Assembly (NCBI RefSeq): GCF_036321535.1
Contig: NC_087437.1
Location: 92,258,001 to 92,322,000, forward strand
Direction: 5' to 3'
DNA length: 64,000 bases
Origin: Camelus dromedarius
Taxonomy: Eukaryota
Part shown: positions 39,377-51,873 of the stretch, one piece after another
Layout of the letters: the number at the start of each line of letters is the position of its first letter
Numbering within the stretch: the stretch's first letter is position 1
The notes under the pieces: model-generated
What the model saw: the letters and a program-made list of their open reading frames with translations, nothing else
Databases searched by the model: none
Told to the model about the DNA's origin: nothing
Program-made: the position numbers and the translations under genes

Positions 39377-39579
39377 CACTTGACCCTTAAAGAATGCAGG
39401 GGTTAGGGGCCCTGACTCTGTGCTCTCAGAAATCCACATATAAATTATAGTCAGTCCTCTGGCTGAAGTGTGGATTCAACCAACCAAGGACTCTGTAGTA
39501 CCACAGTATTTACAATTGAAAAAAATCTGCGTTTAAGTAGACCTATACAATTCAAACCCATATTGTTCAAGGTTAACTA
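39377..39579. mobile_element. TcMar-Tigger MITE (Tigger2a-like)
   Basis: TIRs CACTTGACCCTTAAAGA / TGTTCAAGGTTAACTA, preceded by TA. Interior GGATTCAACCAACC...AAAAAATCTGCG...TTCAAACCC. Confidence 0.88.
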
Positions 39580-42154
39580 CATACTAAAAACATAATTTGA
39601 CTATAAACATATGGAAAGAATATTGGAAATTAATCCCATATTGTAAACTACATGTAATAAAAATCTGAAAAAAAAGGAGTTACTCAGAACATTATGCCAT
39701 TGTAAAAGGAAAACTGCAAATGAAATTATGGGATTACTAATAAAACAAATAGACTCTACCTTATTTTAACTAACAAAAACATATTTTTAACTTTTAAAAT
39801 TATGCCTTATAAAAGTTCTTTGATACATAAAATAGTAATGGTTAAATAAAAATGTTGTCTTTCTGATTAAAAATTAATATACATCCAATGTATATTAAAA
39901 AAATCCTCTAAAATGTGGAGAAACTAATCAAGCTAATTATACCATGGTTTTCAGGGATTTCCCACGTGGTCCCTTACCTTCAGCAGTGGCTTCTGATCAT
40001 AGTGAATCACTGTGAACCTTGAGAATGTTAAAGCACTAATAGACAATTGTCAAATGATATATGAAGTGTTTAACTGTTATTTAAAATGCCCTAAGATATT
40101 TTATATAATTTATCGAATGATGAGTAATTATTATACATGGTACTTAAGCTTCAGCTCTTTCCAAGTTCTAGGGCAATCAAAATTCTTTATATATTAAGGT
40201 AAACATCTCATAAGTAGAAAAACCAATGATGATTATACTAGAATGATCATAATTTATTTATCTTTGTCATGATCCATTTTTTATTACAGGTTGTGATCAT
40301 GATCCATTTTTTAATTATAGTTTACTCCAAATATGAGTGTATTGTGTGTATTAAAAGTAATTTGTATTTAAATATTATAAATACATGTTTTTCTTTGATT
40401 TTTAAATTAATACTAAAAAGCTTTGATGATACAAATTAATTTTTTATTTTGCCACCAATTGCACAAAATAACTGTGGAACAAGAATATTTACATATTTGT
40501 TTCACTATGATAATAAACATAAATGACCTTTATATATGTTGGATGACACATGTTTGGTTTCTGCCAATTTTCTGCCTGATAAGATTTCAATGGAGGAAAC
40601 ATTCTATCCAATTAATTCTAATTGGAGCAGAATACATTTCTCAAAATTTTATATTTTTAGCTATTTTTATACATAGGGTAGAAAGGCATATGGATTTAAA
40701 AACTGATTTATTTTTGTTACTAGAGTACAGAATAGGGATTACAGAAATAAGAATGAAATATTTGGAATATTGGAAGATTAAATTTGAGTTTTCTTGGGAC
40801 AGGGACCAAGTAAAGCCAATTTTTCTATGACAAAAAAATCTAAAATAAGATATAGATTATATTTCCAATTAAAATTATAATAAAATTGTATTTAATTGAT
40901 GAAAAGAAGCAAGTCTACTATAAAATAGTTAATAAAGTTACTACTGATGACCTCAAGGTATTGCAAGATTTTGAAGTAATTTATGAAGTATGAAAACATA
41001 TATGTGAATTGTGTGTATGTGTTTAGTGTTAGAACTTTTTTAATTTTTTTATTTGTTGGAAACTGATAGTTCATGTATAGATTATGTTTAAGATAAAGCT
41101 ATTAACCAGGAACACTTAATTCATGATTGTCTAATCATGCCAGATAACAGCAAAAGAATGCAATTATTTTGGGAATATCTAGGAAAAAAATTCATTGATA
41201 AGAATTTGGTTTAATGTTATCATTTGAGTGGTATTTAAAAGAGGAAAGTTTTGGTATTTAAAAGAGGAAAACAATAATTCTGGTGAGGGGAAAAATGTGA
41301 TTCAAAAAATAACAAGAATAGATGTGGTCAGAAATAACAGACTGGAGCCAGGTTGATGGAGAGAAATCACCTTTCATCTCAGTGGTGACTATAAATATAG
41401 ACGAAAGCTAAAGAGATCATTTTATACCCAAACTATCAAAGCAAAAAATATTTTCACGTATGAATTAATTTTTATGATGCTATAAGTACTACCCTGGTGA
41501 GTCTTCTTACAAAGAACAGGAGGTCCTATTATAAGTACCAATCAACAACTAGTGAAGCAGTGATAAGCAAACCTCATTCCCATACATTAGCAATAGAAAA
41601 ACTGAATGGCATGGATGGTACATCATATAATATTTTAACAGAAATTAGTTTTTCGGACTTTAAATCAATTTTTTTTAATAAAATCTATGGAAACATAATT
41701 AATTAAATTTTTAAAATATATACAGGTGCTTGCATGTTAGGGCATGATAATTCACCAACATAGTGTGTTCAGTTTTAGCCTGAAATAGGATACATCTGCA
41801 ATATAAAAGTAAATATAAAAAGAAGCTCTTTAAATAGAAGCTCTATCCAAACTGGAAAGTAGATTGAGATTTCCAAAATGTCCTCATGTTATCCTATTTA
41901 CGTATAAAACAAGTATCACCTTGATAGAAAATTTAAAATGGCATTTTAAAGTTAATTTCTGGATCTTGAATAAGAATATAGTTTTGAGTATTCTGGAATA
42001 ATTTACTTTAATTTCAATGGATTATTTATATGTCTGTTTTTATATAATTTTATACAAGTGGATATAGAAAAGAGTGTGGAGCATAAATTATGCATGTGTA
42101 GACAGATCAACAATGAAGGGAGGGAACTTCTCAGTTCTTGAAGGTTTAAAGCAT

Positions 42155-42676
42155 TGTAACAGAGGAGAACAAATCTGACTCTATATTGGATCTATTCCTT
42201 TAGTTTTAACCACTGTGCCTTGTTTTCTAGGCTTATTCTTGCTAGCTCTGCACCTTTCATAAAACAAGTTGCCTTTAGCCTGAAATATATAGGAGAGCCT
42301 ATTCTCGGGGCTCTGACCTTTAAGGATGTTAGCACTTCTGCACTTATATAGAGATGGCAAGTTGCAAAATAGAGAATAACCTTTGTTTTGTTGGAGGTTT
42401 ACAGGGACACCACGGTCTGACCCACATGGACAGCTGCAAGAACAAAGAATTCCTGCAGCAAGAAGTTTGCAATAACCAACCACACCCCCTCCTCTGTTTT
42501 TATGCATAAAAGGAGCCTGTATTCTGACTGGAGTAGGGTGGTTCTCCAAGACATTAGTCTGCCATCCTCTCCGTCTGCTGGCTTTCTGAACAAAGTTGCT
42601 ATTCCTGCCCCAACACCTCATCTCCCAATTTTTGGCCTGTCGTGTGGCGAGCAGAACGAGTTTTGACTCGGCAACA
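42155..42676 (+). mobile_element. Intact ERV1-class solo LTR, 522 bp
   Basis: TGTAAC...GCAACA termini and a perfect 4-bp TSD GCAT (42151-42154 / 42677-42680). TATA-like CATAAAA at 42505, degenerate poly(A) signal AACAAA at 42589, several CpGs retained. Confidence 0.92.
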
Positions 42677-43239
42677 GCATAACCAATATTCTGACTCACA
42701 CTGATCCATTGTATGTGAAGAATTTGATAGTACAGACTCACATTTTTAAAACTTCGATAGCAGTGCTTCCAGAGTGCAGTATCACTTTTTATTTGAAGGT
42801 TTCCTATCCAGTATTAAGATTAAGTTCGAACACCTGATGCCTAGTGGATGGTGGGCTACAGCAATTTAAATCATAATGTTTGAGAACACAGGACTTGCTG
42901 GCTCTGAAACGTAGAAAACAAAAGATAACATCTGCTACTCCTATTTTCCAATTCTATTTACTCTTTTGTTAATATAATCCTTTACAATATTCATCTTCTC
43001 CCAGAAATAATTTCCACACTGAATAATTTGCATATTTTCAGGCACAATCAACATTTCTTTACTTTTTCTTTTATTCTGAGCCGCCCTAGATATCTATTGG
43101 CACACAATTCAACTGTGTTGATGTTTGGTTCTCCGTAACTGGCTTACTCGATTAATTTCATCTTCTAACATGCAATTGGAGTGATCTGTTCAACACACAA
43201 CAGAGAACTTTCATACCGAACAAATGTTCTTCATCCTTT

Positions 43240-44105
43240 CCTCTTTTGTTTTCTCCTAGCCATCAATATCCACCTTATGGGTTACTACCGTCTGTTCATT
43301 TAAGATTTACCTGCCAAATGGTCCTATCATCTTTACTCATCTGCCGCTACCCTTGTTCACATGCTGATTCTCTCACTAAGGACTCTGTTAATCGTCCTGT
43401 TAACTCAGTCTCTTCTCTTCTCCAGTCTATCAAGTATGGGGCAAGTAAATTCATCTTCTTAAAATATGGTTTTGATCATGTCACTAGAACTTCATTGATT
43501 TTTCATTGTCTACCAAAGAAAGAAGAGATTTTTTTGCCTGGATTTTGGTTTCTGTGACACCGAATAAATGTTTTTTACATTTTATTCATGCAAATGAAAC
43601 ATGTTATGGGATAGATACAATGATGGATTCTAGCTGTCCAAGATGAAAAAGCAGGATTGCTGTTCTTAAAAATGTTAACATGTATTGAGAGAAGCAGATA
43701 TATGTAGCACTAATTTTTAGACAATAAGCACTAGTCCACTATTATAAATAAGGGAATATTTAATTCTGTTTCAAAAGGCCAAAAATAAGAAATATTTTAG
43801 TTAGACTTGCATTTTTAGTTGGGAAAGGTTAGTACATGTGATTAGTTCTCTATAAATTATTTAAATAGTGCATCTCTTTTCCATACATAATTTTACTATC
43901 TTAATAGCTTATTGTTAACAATACCTCCCTCAAACTGGGATGCTATTTTCTTAATCTTTCTCTGTAAAAATTATGCCTCCTCTACCATTTTGTAAACTTG
44001 CTGATGGCAGTTAACCTGCTTTGTATTCTCCAACTTTATAGCCCTTGGAGTTCTTAGTACAATGTCTTGTATTTAATGAATGCTCAGTGAGATAAGTGTT
44101 GAATA
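43240..44105. mobile_element. Cluster of diverged L2 fragments in both orientations
   Basis: TTCATCTTCTTAAAATATGGTTTTGATCATGTCACT (+), an antisense piece at about 43575-43830, and the terminus CTTAGTACAATGTCTTGTATTTAATGAATGCTCAGTGAGATAAGTGTTGAAT (+). Confidence 0.5.
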
Positions 44106-47024
44106 CATTTAAAACATGTGTAGAATGAGATCTCCTTATGGTTTTCATTTCCATATTTTTGACTATCAAAGAGAGTAAACTTTGTATATATTTTTATTCA
44201 CCTTTATCATTTCCTCTTTTGAAAAAAAAGATTATATGTTTTGTCTCTTCTTCCTATATTTTTTTCTGATGATTTGTGGAATTGCTTTAGAGATCTGACA
44301 CAATAACTTTGTTGGTCACATATCTTATATGTATCTTTTTTTCCAGCCACACATACTTTAGAGTGGTGTTATGTAAGTAAGTTTTATTTATCAGTAATTT
44401 TCATTCATTCTAGAATGATTTTTATTCACTTTTGAAATTTCTGGGCTATTGTCTTTTTGAATATTTGCTCTCATTCATTCTATTTATGATTTAATTCTAG
44501 AATTGTCTTTTAATATACTTGTACTTCATTTGATTCTCTAGGATCCAAACATGCCTTTTGAGTTTTTCAACTCCATGTGTATCTTTGTTATATATGGAGT
44601 AATTTTTAGGTATATCTTCAAGTTTACCAATTCTTTTTCATCTTTGATTACTCTACTGTTTAAACTATTTTTCCCCCCTTTGGCGTTTTGGTCCCTAGGG
44701 AATTTCCTGATCCAGGGTAGATGGAATAAGTTTACTCTGCCTTTTCTCTCCCACTAAATACAACTTTTAAATACAACAATAGAGTTATTTTATGACTCTA
44801 AAAATAATTAATATCAAATGGATCAGAAAAGAAAACCAGAATTCAAAGTACCACTGAATTGGCATAAAATTACCAGGAGGGAAAGAACAGAGAAAAAATA
44901 GGAAATAATTAAATAAATAATAATAAAACACTGACTCTTTCTTTTGAAAGTTTTACCAAATTTATGCCAGACATTACAAAATGATATAGCCCTGGATATA
45001 ATATTGAAAATTTAAATAGAGATTCTGAAAAGTTGCTAGATAAAAAAAAAAAAAAGGCATCTTTTACAGAATAGGAATCAACAACTTTAAACAAATACAG
45101 CATAAGGAATAGCAGTTGTAAAATTTTTGGGAAAGAAACTTAATTCTCAATAATTCTAAACCTAATCAACAGTTCATGTCATTCAACTATTATCATGAAA
45201 TACAAATATTTTCAGACATGTAAAGAAGGAGAGAAGATATCAGCCTACACTCTGTCTAAGAGCAATATCTCAGATTTTAACCAAAAAATAAATATATCAG
45301 AAAAACAAATTAAGTATGGGGAAATAGGAAAAGAGAAAAAATGAATATGAGTATTGACTTTGCAAAAACTATAGTTAAATCTAAATGAGTAACTATAAAA
45401 TCACTTGGCATATATAAAATATTAGTAACTTGTTAATATGTTTGTTTCAAATCTAAATAAATAATGAAAAAGTGACTTAGTATATGTAAAAAAAAAATAA
45501 GGATTCTTGATTTAGAAGAGCCATAATTCAACAGGAAATTTAATAATGTTCTGAAACTAAAATTACTAAATTATTTTTATAATAAAATGAAAAAGTTAAA
45601 TGGATAGAGAAAGGGCATGAAAAAGGAAAAGTTAAAACCTATCAGAATAAAGGTAGGGAAACAATGAGGAAAAAGATCCTCTTGGTGAGAGATTTGGTGA
45701 TATGGGAATAGAGAAAGAAAAGAATCAAGACAATAAATGGTAAAATAAAAATAAAAAGTTAAATATATTAATCATTGTAGTATATATAAATGGACTATAT
45801 TTTCTAATTAGAAGAGAATTTCAGCAAAAAAATGAAAACTAGTTCTATGCTATTAAAAGAAAACACTAAAGAAAGGGATAAAGTAGGTTTATAAATAAAA
45901 GTTGAATAAAGAGATACTAGATAAGTGCAAATAAAGAGAAAGAAGCAGAGGCAATATTTAATAATACTAAAGACGAATTTTAAGTTAACTCTTACTAAAC
46001 AGAATAGTGACATATCATAAAAAGTAATAATTTATGTACACAAAGCAGTCAAACTTGTACACAGCAATTAAGAATAAACTACTAGATGACTAACTTGTTC
46101 AAATCTAATCCTGAAAGAGAAAGAGAGAGAGAGATATTACTTGTCAAAATAATTAGACACAAGACATAAATTAGAATCATAAAAAGTGTGAGGGACAAAA
46201 TAATCTGTTACTATCAAATAATATTATTTTAAATCTGGAAGACCCAAGTGAATCAACTGAGAAACCGGTATAAATATTTTTTAAAGTGGTGCAAAAACTT
46301 AATATAGAGACATAAATATGTTCATATAATCAAATTAAACACACAATGGAAGAAATTTTTGATTCCTAACAACCATCAAAATGATATACCATCTAGGAAT
46401 AATATTAGTAAGAAATGAAAAAGAAGTGAAATTTTAAAATGCTTCTGAAGGATAAAAATGCCTTGTACAGAATGAAAAACAGGCCATGTTCTTGGGAAAA
46501 AAGAAAATCTGCAGAAAATTTACCCAGAGAAAGTAAAAAGGCGAAGAATAAATCAGAAAAAATAAGGATCTATGCAACTCTTATTGAAGAAAAGGGTATA
46601 GTTCACAATAAATTGCATCATAAATTCAATATAATCTAAATAAAACACTAACAGAAAGTGTTTTTGCTGGAAAAGATTCTAAAGTTTCTATGGGAAAAGG
46701 CAAAATATGAATATCTTGAAAATCATGAAAGCAAAAGATAAACAGGAGGATCCTCCTATCAGTTACAAAGCCTCAGTAATTTTAAGAACATGTTAATGGC
46801 ATATGAATAAATCAAGAGATCCAAAGAGCAGAGTTGAAAGTCCCTAGAAAAGCCAATATATACTCTAACCTTTTCTATTGAATAAACACACCTCAGGTCA
46901 TTGAAGGAATAAATGGTGTTGGGTTCTTTGATCAAAGAACTGGAGTAAAGTTAAATACCATGCCATATATACTACACCTGATCAATTCCAAAGGGATTAA
47001 AATCTTAGATACAAAAACATTCAT

Positions 47025-47472
47025 ATGAACTTGTTGTTTATCTATTTTATATATATATATATATATATATACATACATATATATATATATTAGTATACGC
47101 AAATTTTGAACTCCCATTTTATCCCTTCCCAACCCCTTCCCCTCCCAGTAACCATCAGTTTGTTTTCTATGTCTGTGAGTCTGTTTTTGTTTTGTAAATA
47201 AGTTAGTTTGTCTTTTTTTTTTTAGAGTCCACATATAAGTGATATCATATGGTATTTTTCTTTCTCTTTTTGGCTTACCTCACTTAGAATGACAATCTCC
47301 AGGCACAGGGAACTATATTCACTATTTTGTAGTAACTTATGGTGAAAAAGAATATGAAAACAAATATATGTATCTTCATGTATGACTGAAGCATTATGCT
47401 GTACACCAGAAATTGACACAACCTTATAAACTGACTATACTTCAATAAATATATTATACACAAATTTTTTTT
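47025..47472. mobile_element. Young 5'-inverted (twin-primed) L1 3' fragment
   Basis: Antisense 47025-47302, sense 47303-47472. Perfect 10-bp TSD AAACATTCAT at 47015-47024 and 47473-47482. Confidence 0.95.
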
Positions 47473-47623
47473 AAACATTCATGAAATACTAGGAAAAATC
47501 ATGATGACATTTTTTATCAAATGCTCAAGTAGTAAAAGCTTTTCTAACTTTCACACAAATCCTGAAGCCATAAGGACTGACTAAAAAAAAAAAAAACTGC
47601 ACAAAATTTTAAAATTCTGCATT

Positions 47624-47718
47624 GAGGGTGGAAGGAATAGCTCAGTGCAGAGCACGTGCTTAGTTAGCATCCATGAGATCCTAAGTTCAATGCCCAGTAC
47701 CTCCGTTAAGAAATAAAA
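47624..47718 (+). mobile_element. tRNA-Ala-derived SINE (camelid Vic-1-like)
   Basis: A-box TAGCTCAGTG, body AGAGCACGTGCTTAG(TTAG)CAT, B-box GTTCAATGCC, then CAGTACCTCC and an A-rich tail. Possible TSD AAAATTCTGCAT / AAAAGTCCTTCAT. Confidence 0.85.
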
Positions 47719-48204
47719 GTCCTTCATAAAAATCATCATGATACAGATTAAATGACTAAAAACACTAGGAAAAATATTTACTACCCTTATATCAAAGCTA
47801 TTTCTCTAAGCTTTCCACATCAAACACTGTTGAATAAATGGATTAGTTGGTTGAGGGTCACTCAAGAACTCAGGGATTCTGGACACCAGAAAACAGAGAA
47901 GACATGTATTTTACTACCTTCAAGCCATTCCAGGTTGGTTGAGAAGGTCTTTCAGTATTGAGATCCCACACTTAACTAATAAAATTTAATAAAAATATTA
48001 ACACCTCAATGGAGAAAAAAAAACATGAAGATATATTTTTTAGAAGACAGCGTACAGGGGTAACAGAAAGGTCTGTCAACACAGTATCGCATATATTTTG
48101 AATTTTGAACTTAATTCGTTTAAGAAAAAAATCAAATGTATCTCTTACTAAGCCTTAATCAAAGCAGCAAGCAAAACTGAGAGTACTTATTATTTAGGAT
48201 CTCC

Positions 48205-48392
48205 ATACAGCATAGAGATTAACACAGCAACTAGACTTCCTAGGTTCAAATATACCACTTATTAAGGGTGTGAGCTTGGGCAATCTTCTTTTTAAATGTC
48301 CATGCTTTACTTTCCCATTGGCATATTGGGGAAAATAATACATAGTTCACAAAGATTTTGTAAGGATTTACTAAAATAATACAAAGTGCTAA
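48205..48392 (+). mobile_element. MIR SINE
   Basis: AGACTTCCTAGGTTCAAAT...CCACTTATTAAGGGTGTGAGCTTGGGCAA...TTGTAAGGATTTACTAAAATAATACAAAGTGCT. Confidence 0.85.
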
Positions 48393-49528
48393 AAAAAAAA
48401 GCTTGATCCACAAATATAATCCAAAATTAGCAAGCAATGAAATTAATATTTCATATAAAAATGTGTAACAAAAAAGTTGTTCTTAAGTTATTCCCAGAAG
48501 AAATGTATAGCCTTCAATATTTTTCTCAGTTAGAGGAGAAAAACTAGTCATTTTTATTTTCATATACCAGGAATTAAATATTTAAGTACACTTGGAATGT
48601 TTGCTGGCATTCTGTCTAAACTCTCACTAACCAGTTCCTCACTAATCAGTTTGCTCCACCTCTGTAGCAGGAGCATTACAAATAGGATTTCCACCATAAT
48701 GTGTCGATATTGCTTCATTGTGATACAATTAGAGAGAACACTTTCGCTATAAATATTTGAGTCTTTCTAAATCTTTGTGAAAAAGAAAATAGAGAACCCA
48801 AGTTTAAATCGTAGAAAAAAATATGTACCAGCCCACATCGCATTGAAATGTTATTATTAATATCTGCTATTTAAACTGAATGTTAGACTCTCAAAATAGC
48901 CTCAATGCATAATATTTTGTCCTTTATATTTATTGTGAAAATAATACAATATGGTTGTAAAAATATTTAAACCTAAGAAATGCACTAAAAATAATTATGC
49001 AAATTCCATAATCCAGAGGTAACTAGTGTTATTATTTTGGTACATATACTTTTATACTCTTTTCTAATCTATGAAAAAAAGCCATTTTTTATATACACCC
49101 ACATATAATAGAATTAAATGTTTTTATTGAATAATTTCTGTCAAAATATGCACCTACACCATATTATTAACAATTTAATGTTATATTTTAACTCATGGGA
49201 ATAAACAATATCAAATTATACGTAAGTGTAACTCAGAATTATTGTGTGTTTGGTTCCAAACCACTGCAAATAAAGTGAATATTGCAATAAAGTGAGTCAC
49301 ACAAATTTTGTTTATATTACACTATAGTCTATTAAGTATGCAATAATACTATGTCTAAAAAATGTATATACATTAATTAAAAATGTTTTACTGCTAAAAA
49401 ATGCTAACTATCCTCTGAGCCTTCAGCAAGTTATAATTTTTTGCTGGTAGAGGGTTGGAAATATTGCTGAGAGTTAACAAAATGTGACACTGAGACACAA
49501 AGCAAGCAACTGCTGTTTGAAAAATGGC

Positions 49529-49744
49529 TGTAATAACCCATAATGAAAAAGAATACGAAAATAAATATATGTATGTACACGTATGATTGAAACGTTGTAT
49601 GGTACACCAGAAATTGACAATACTTCAATTAAACTGACAATACTTCAATTAAACTGACTATACTTCAATTAAAAAAAAAAGATTTAAGGGTGAGCAATAA
49701 AATAAAAACCTATAGTAAAGATAAACTAATAAATACATACATAA

Positions 49745-49786
<42 letters not shown>

Positions 49787-49814
49787 CCCTAGATCCCTAG
49801 TTTAAAAAAAAAAT
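49529..49814 (+). mobile_element. Short young L1 3'-end insertion with extra 3' sequence
   Basis: L1 3' end at 49529-49680, then ~130 bp of non-L1 sequence and a second A-run. Short TSD AAAATGGC / AAAAGGC. Confidence 0.88.
49746..49786. repeat. (TAGA)10 tetranucleotide microsatellite
   Basis: Perfect TAGA run. Confidence 0.97.
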
Positions 49815-51449
49815 AAAAGGCACCAGCAGACTTGCTCCACACAGCATTACCACAAAATTCCAATTTGTAAAAAATGCGATATCTGTGAAGTGCAGTAAAA
49901 CAAAGCACGATAAAATGAGGTATACTTGTAAATTGTTCTGAATCTTAATCCAGATTTACGTTGGGCAATGGTCTAAAGCTAAACTTTGAAAGTAACATAC
50001 AGATTAACTTAATCACTTAGAATATAAAGAATAAGAAATTTTATTATTTACATTCTCAAGATAATAATGCTATTCTCAAAATAGTAAATTTTAAACATTA
50101 ATATCAGTATATTTCAATATAAAGTGTTTTAAACTATATAAATATTGTATAAAAATAATGTTGCAAATGCAAAAATCAACCAAATTGAGTTGTTGTTTAT
50201 TTCCCATAGACAATAGTATTTTAATTGAAACATGAGTAAATTTGAAGAAGAGTATCAATGTGATATTTATTGTGGTATTTATTATTTATTATGGTAGAAA
50301 AAATATTCCTACTAATAATTTGAACATTGATAGATGATGTTCTAGATGCCACCCTTCTAAGAAAGCTAGATTTATTACAGATGGCACTTTGACCACAGAC
50401 AAAGAAAACAGATAATCACTGTAATATTGTAACATGCATGTTCCATGAATAAACACTGAATTTCTCAGTAAAAGAATAGACTCTTCAGTGAGTTTAATAG
50501 CTGAAGGCAGATATGGCATTTCTCCAAGAAATATTCTTGTAGATGAGAGAAAATATTGAAGCAGGGACTTAGAGGTCTAATTTCTTTTAATTTAACTCCT
50601 CTCAAGAAGGCAGAGCAATAATTCTAATTCATAGCAACAATCTTTTATATGATTAACTAACGGTGGATAACTCAGGAGGGGTTATAGTTGTTTATGATGC
50701 AGATGTGAGACAGAATGAAAAACAACAAAACTCACCAACCTGTGATGCCAAGTATTGCTTTAAAACATACCTCTACTACCATTAAGTTGTCCTTGTAAGA
50801 TTCGCATCTAGAGATTAATTTACAAGAAATAGTTGCCACTGAAGTTAACTACATAATAAAGCTGAAAATTACCTCTCTATAGAAAAATATCCATAGATTT
50901 ATGTAGTTAGAATGAGAAGTGACCGACAGAATTAGCAGGGAAAATATGTACCCCTTACTGCTGCATTGCCACTCAACTTCAATCACATGGAGCTTTCATT
51001 AGGGGGAAAAAAAGTCCAACCTAAAGGTAGATTTATGAGTCACTATTTCAAGGAGGAGAAAGACTAAGCAATCTGTGTGGGATTTTTATCCCCAAGAATG
51101 TTTTCAGTACTGTCTTCTAGATCAATTTTTGAAAAATCCTAGGTTAAAGATTCTACATCATTCAGTCATCCATTACTGAGTTTCAGAAATTTGGTAAAAG
51201 ATTCATTTCTTTCATTAACTTCTCTCTATTAATTAATTTATTATCCATAATTTATTTATTTTTTTCTATTTCTTACAGAAATACACAAGAACATTTACCC
51301 CTTTTAAGCCCAAGATAATGTCAGCAAGTTCACAATATCATAAATTAAAAAAAATTATTACACATTTTTCCCATTCCTTCAATTATTCTGCAGTTTCTAT
51401 TAATTATTTCTGGTAAATCTTTGTTTTTGCATCTGAAATAGACGCTTGA

Positions 51450-51873
51450 CTGGGGGTAGTAGAGATTTCAAGCACTTACTTGCCTCCAGTTCTTTGTTGC
51501 TTTACTGCTCACGGAAGGCTTGCTCTTTTTGACCCCTTGAAGTTAGGTTATCATATGACTATATCTGAACAGTATTATTTTATAGGAAGTGGCATGTATA
51601 ACTTCTAAGTCAAAACATCTGATTGGCAGTGAGAGACGCTCCAGAACTCTCTCAACTGTTATCTTGCTGCAATAGCACAACCATGGTTTGAGATGCAGGT
51701 GCTATAGGACTGAAACACCTTAAATCCATGAGTCCTAACTTCAAGGACTGCCGCCCAGGCATGTTGCTCAGACCGATGGCAGAACTTGCGTGAGCAAGTA
51801 TTTTTACTGTGTTCGCTATTGAGATTTTGGAGTTCATTACTGCAGCATAACCTAGGCTCTGTTAACTAAACTA
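51450..51873 (+). mobile_element. MaLR solo LTR (MLT1H/I-like)
   Basis: CCCCTTGAAGTTAGG...GGAAGTGGCATGTATAACTTCTAAGTCAAAACAT...GTGAGCAAG...GAGATTTTGGAG...TTACTGCAGCATAACCTAG. Confidence 0.8.

Larger units (their letters stand above)
44690..48040 (+). mobile_element. Very old fragmented L1 (L1ME/L1M5-like) hosting younger insertions
   Basis: A-rich sense strand with L1 ORF2-like remnants (ATATATAAATGGACTA; CTGGAAGACCCAAGTGAATCAACTGAGAAAC; CTAGGAATAATATTAGTAAGAAATG; TTACAAAGCCTCAGTAATT; ATCAATTCCAAAGGGATTAAA). Confidence 0.7.
49223..49928. mobile_element. Tigger1-derived MITE (Tigger1a-like), split by an L1 insertion
   Basis: TTGGTTCCAAACCACTGCAAATAAAGTGAATATTGCAATAAAGTGAGTCACAC...CTGAGCCTTCAGCAAG...AAAAATGGC | ACCAGCAGACTTGCTC...ATAAAATGAGGTATACTTG followed by TA. 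Confidence 0.92.

Noticed and set aside
38268..40830. Hydrophobic 147-aa and 135-aa ORFs resembling membrane proteins
   Set aside because: F/I/L-rich translation is expected from AT-rich and antisense-L1 DNA. Both have non-ATG starts and no recognisable homology.
42181..42741. 186-aa minus-strand ORF
   Set aside because: It lies almost wholly antisense within the solo LTR and has no recognisable domain.
47624..47718. Functional tRNA-Ala gene
   Set aside because: It has a 4-nt duplication near the anticodon arm, broken stems, and an A-rich tail rather than a T-run terminator. This fits a SINE copy.
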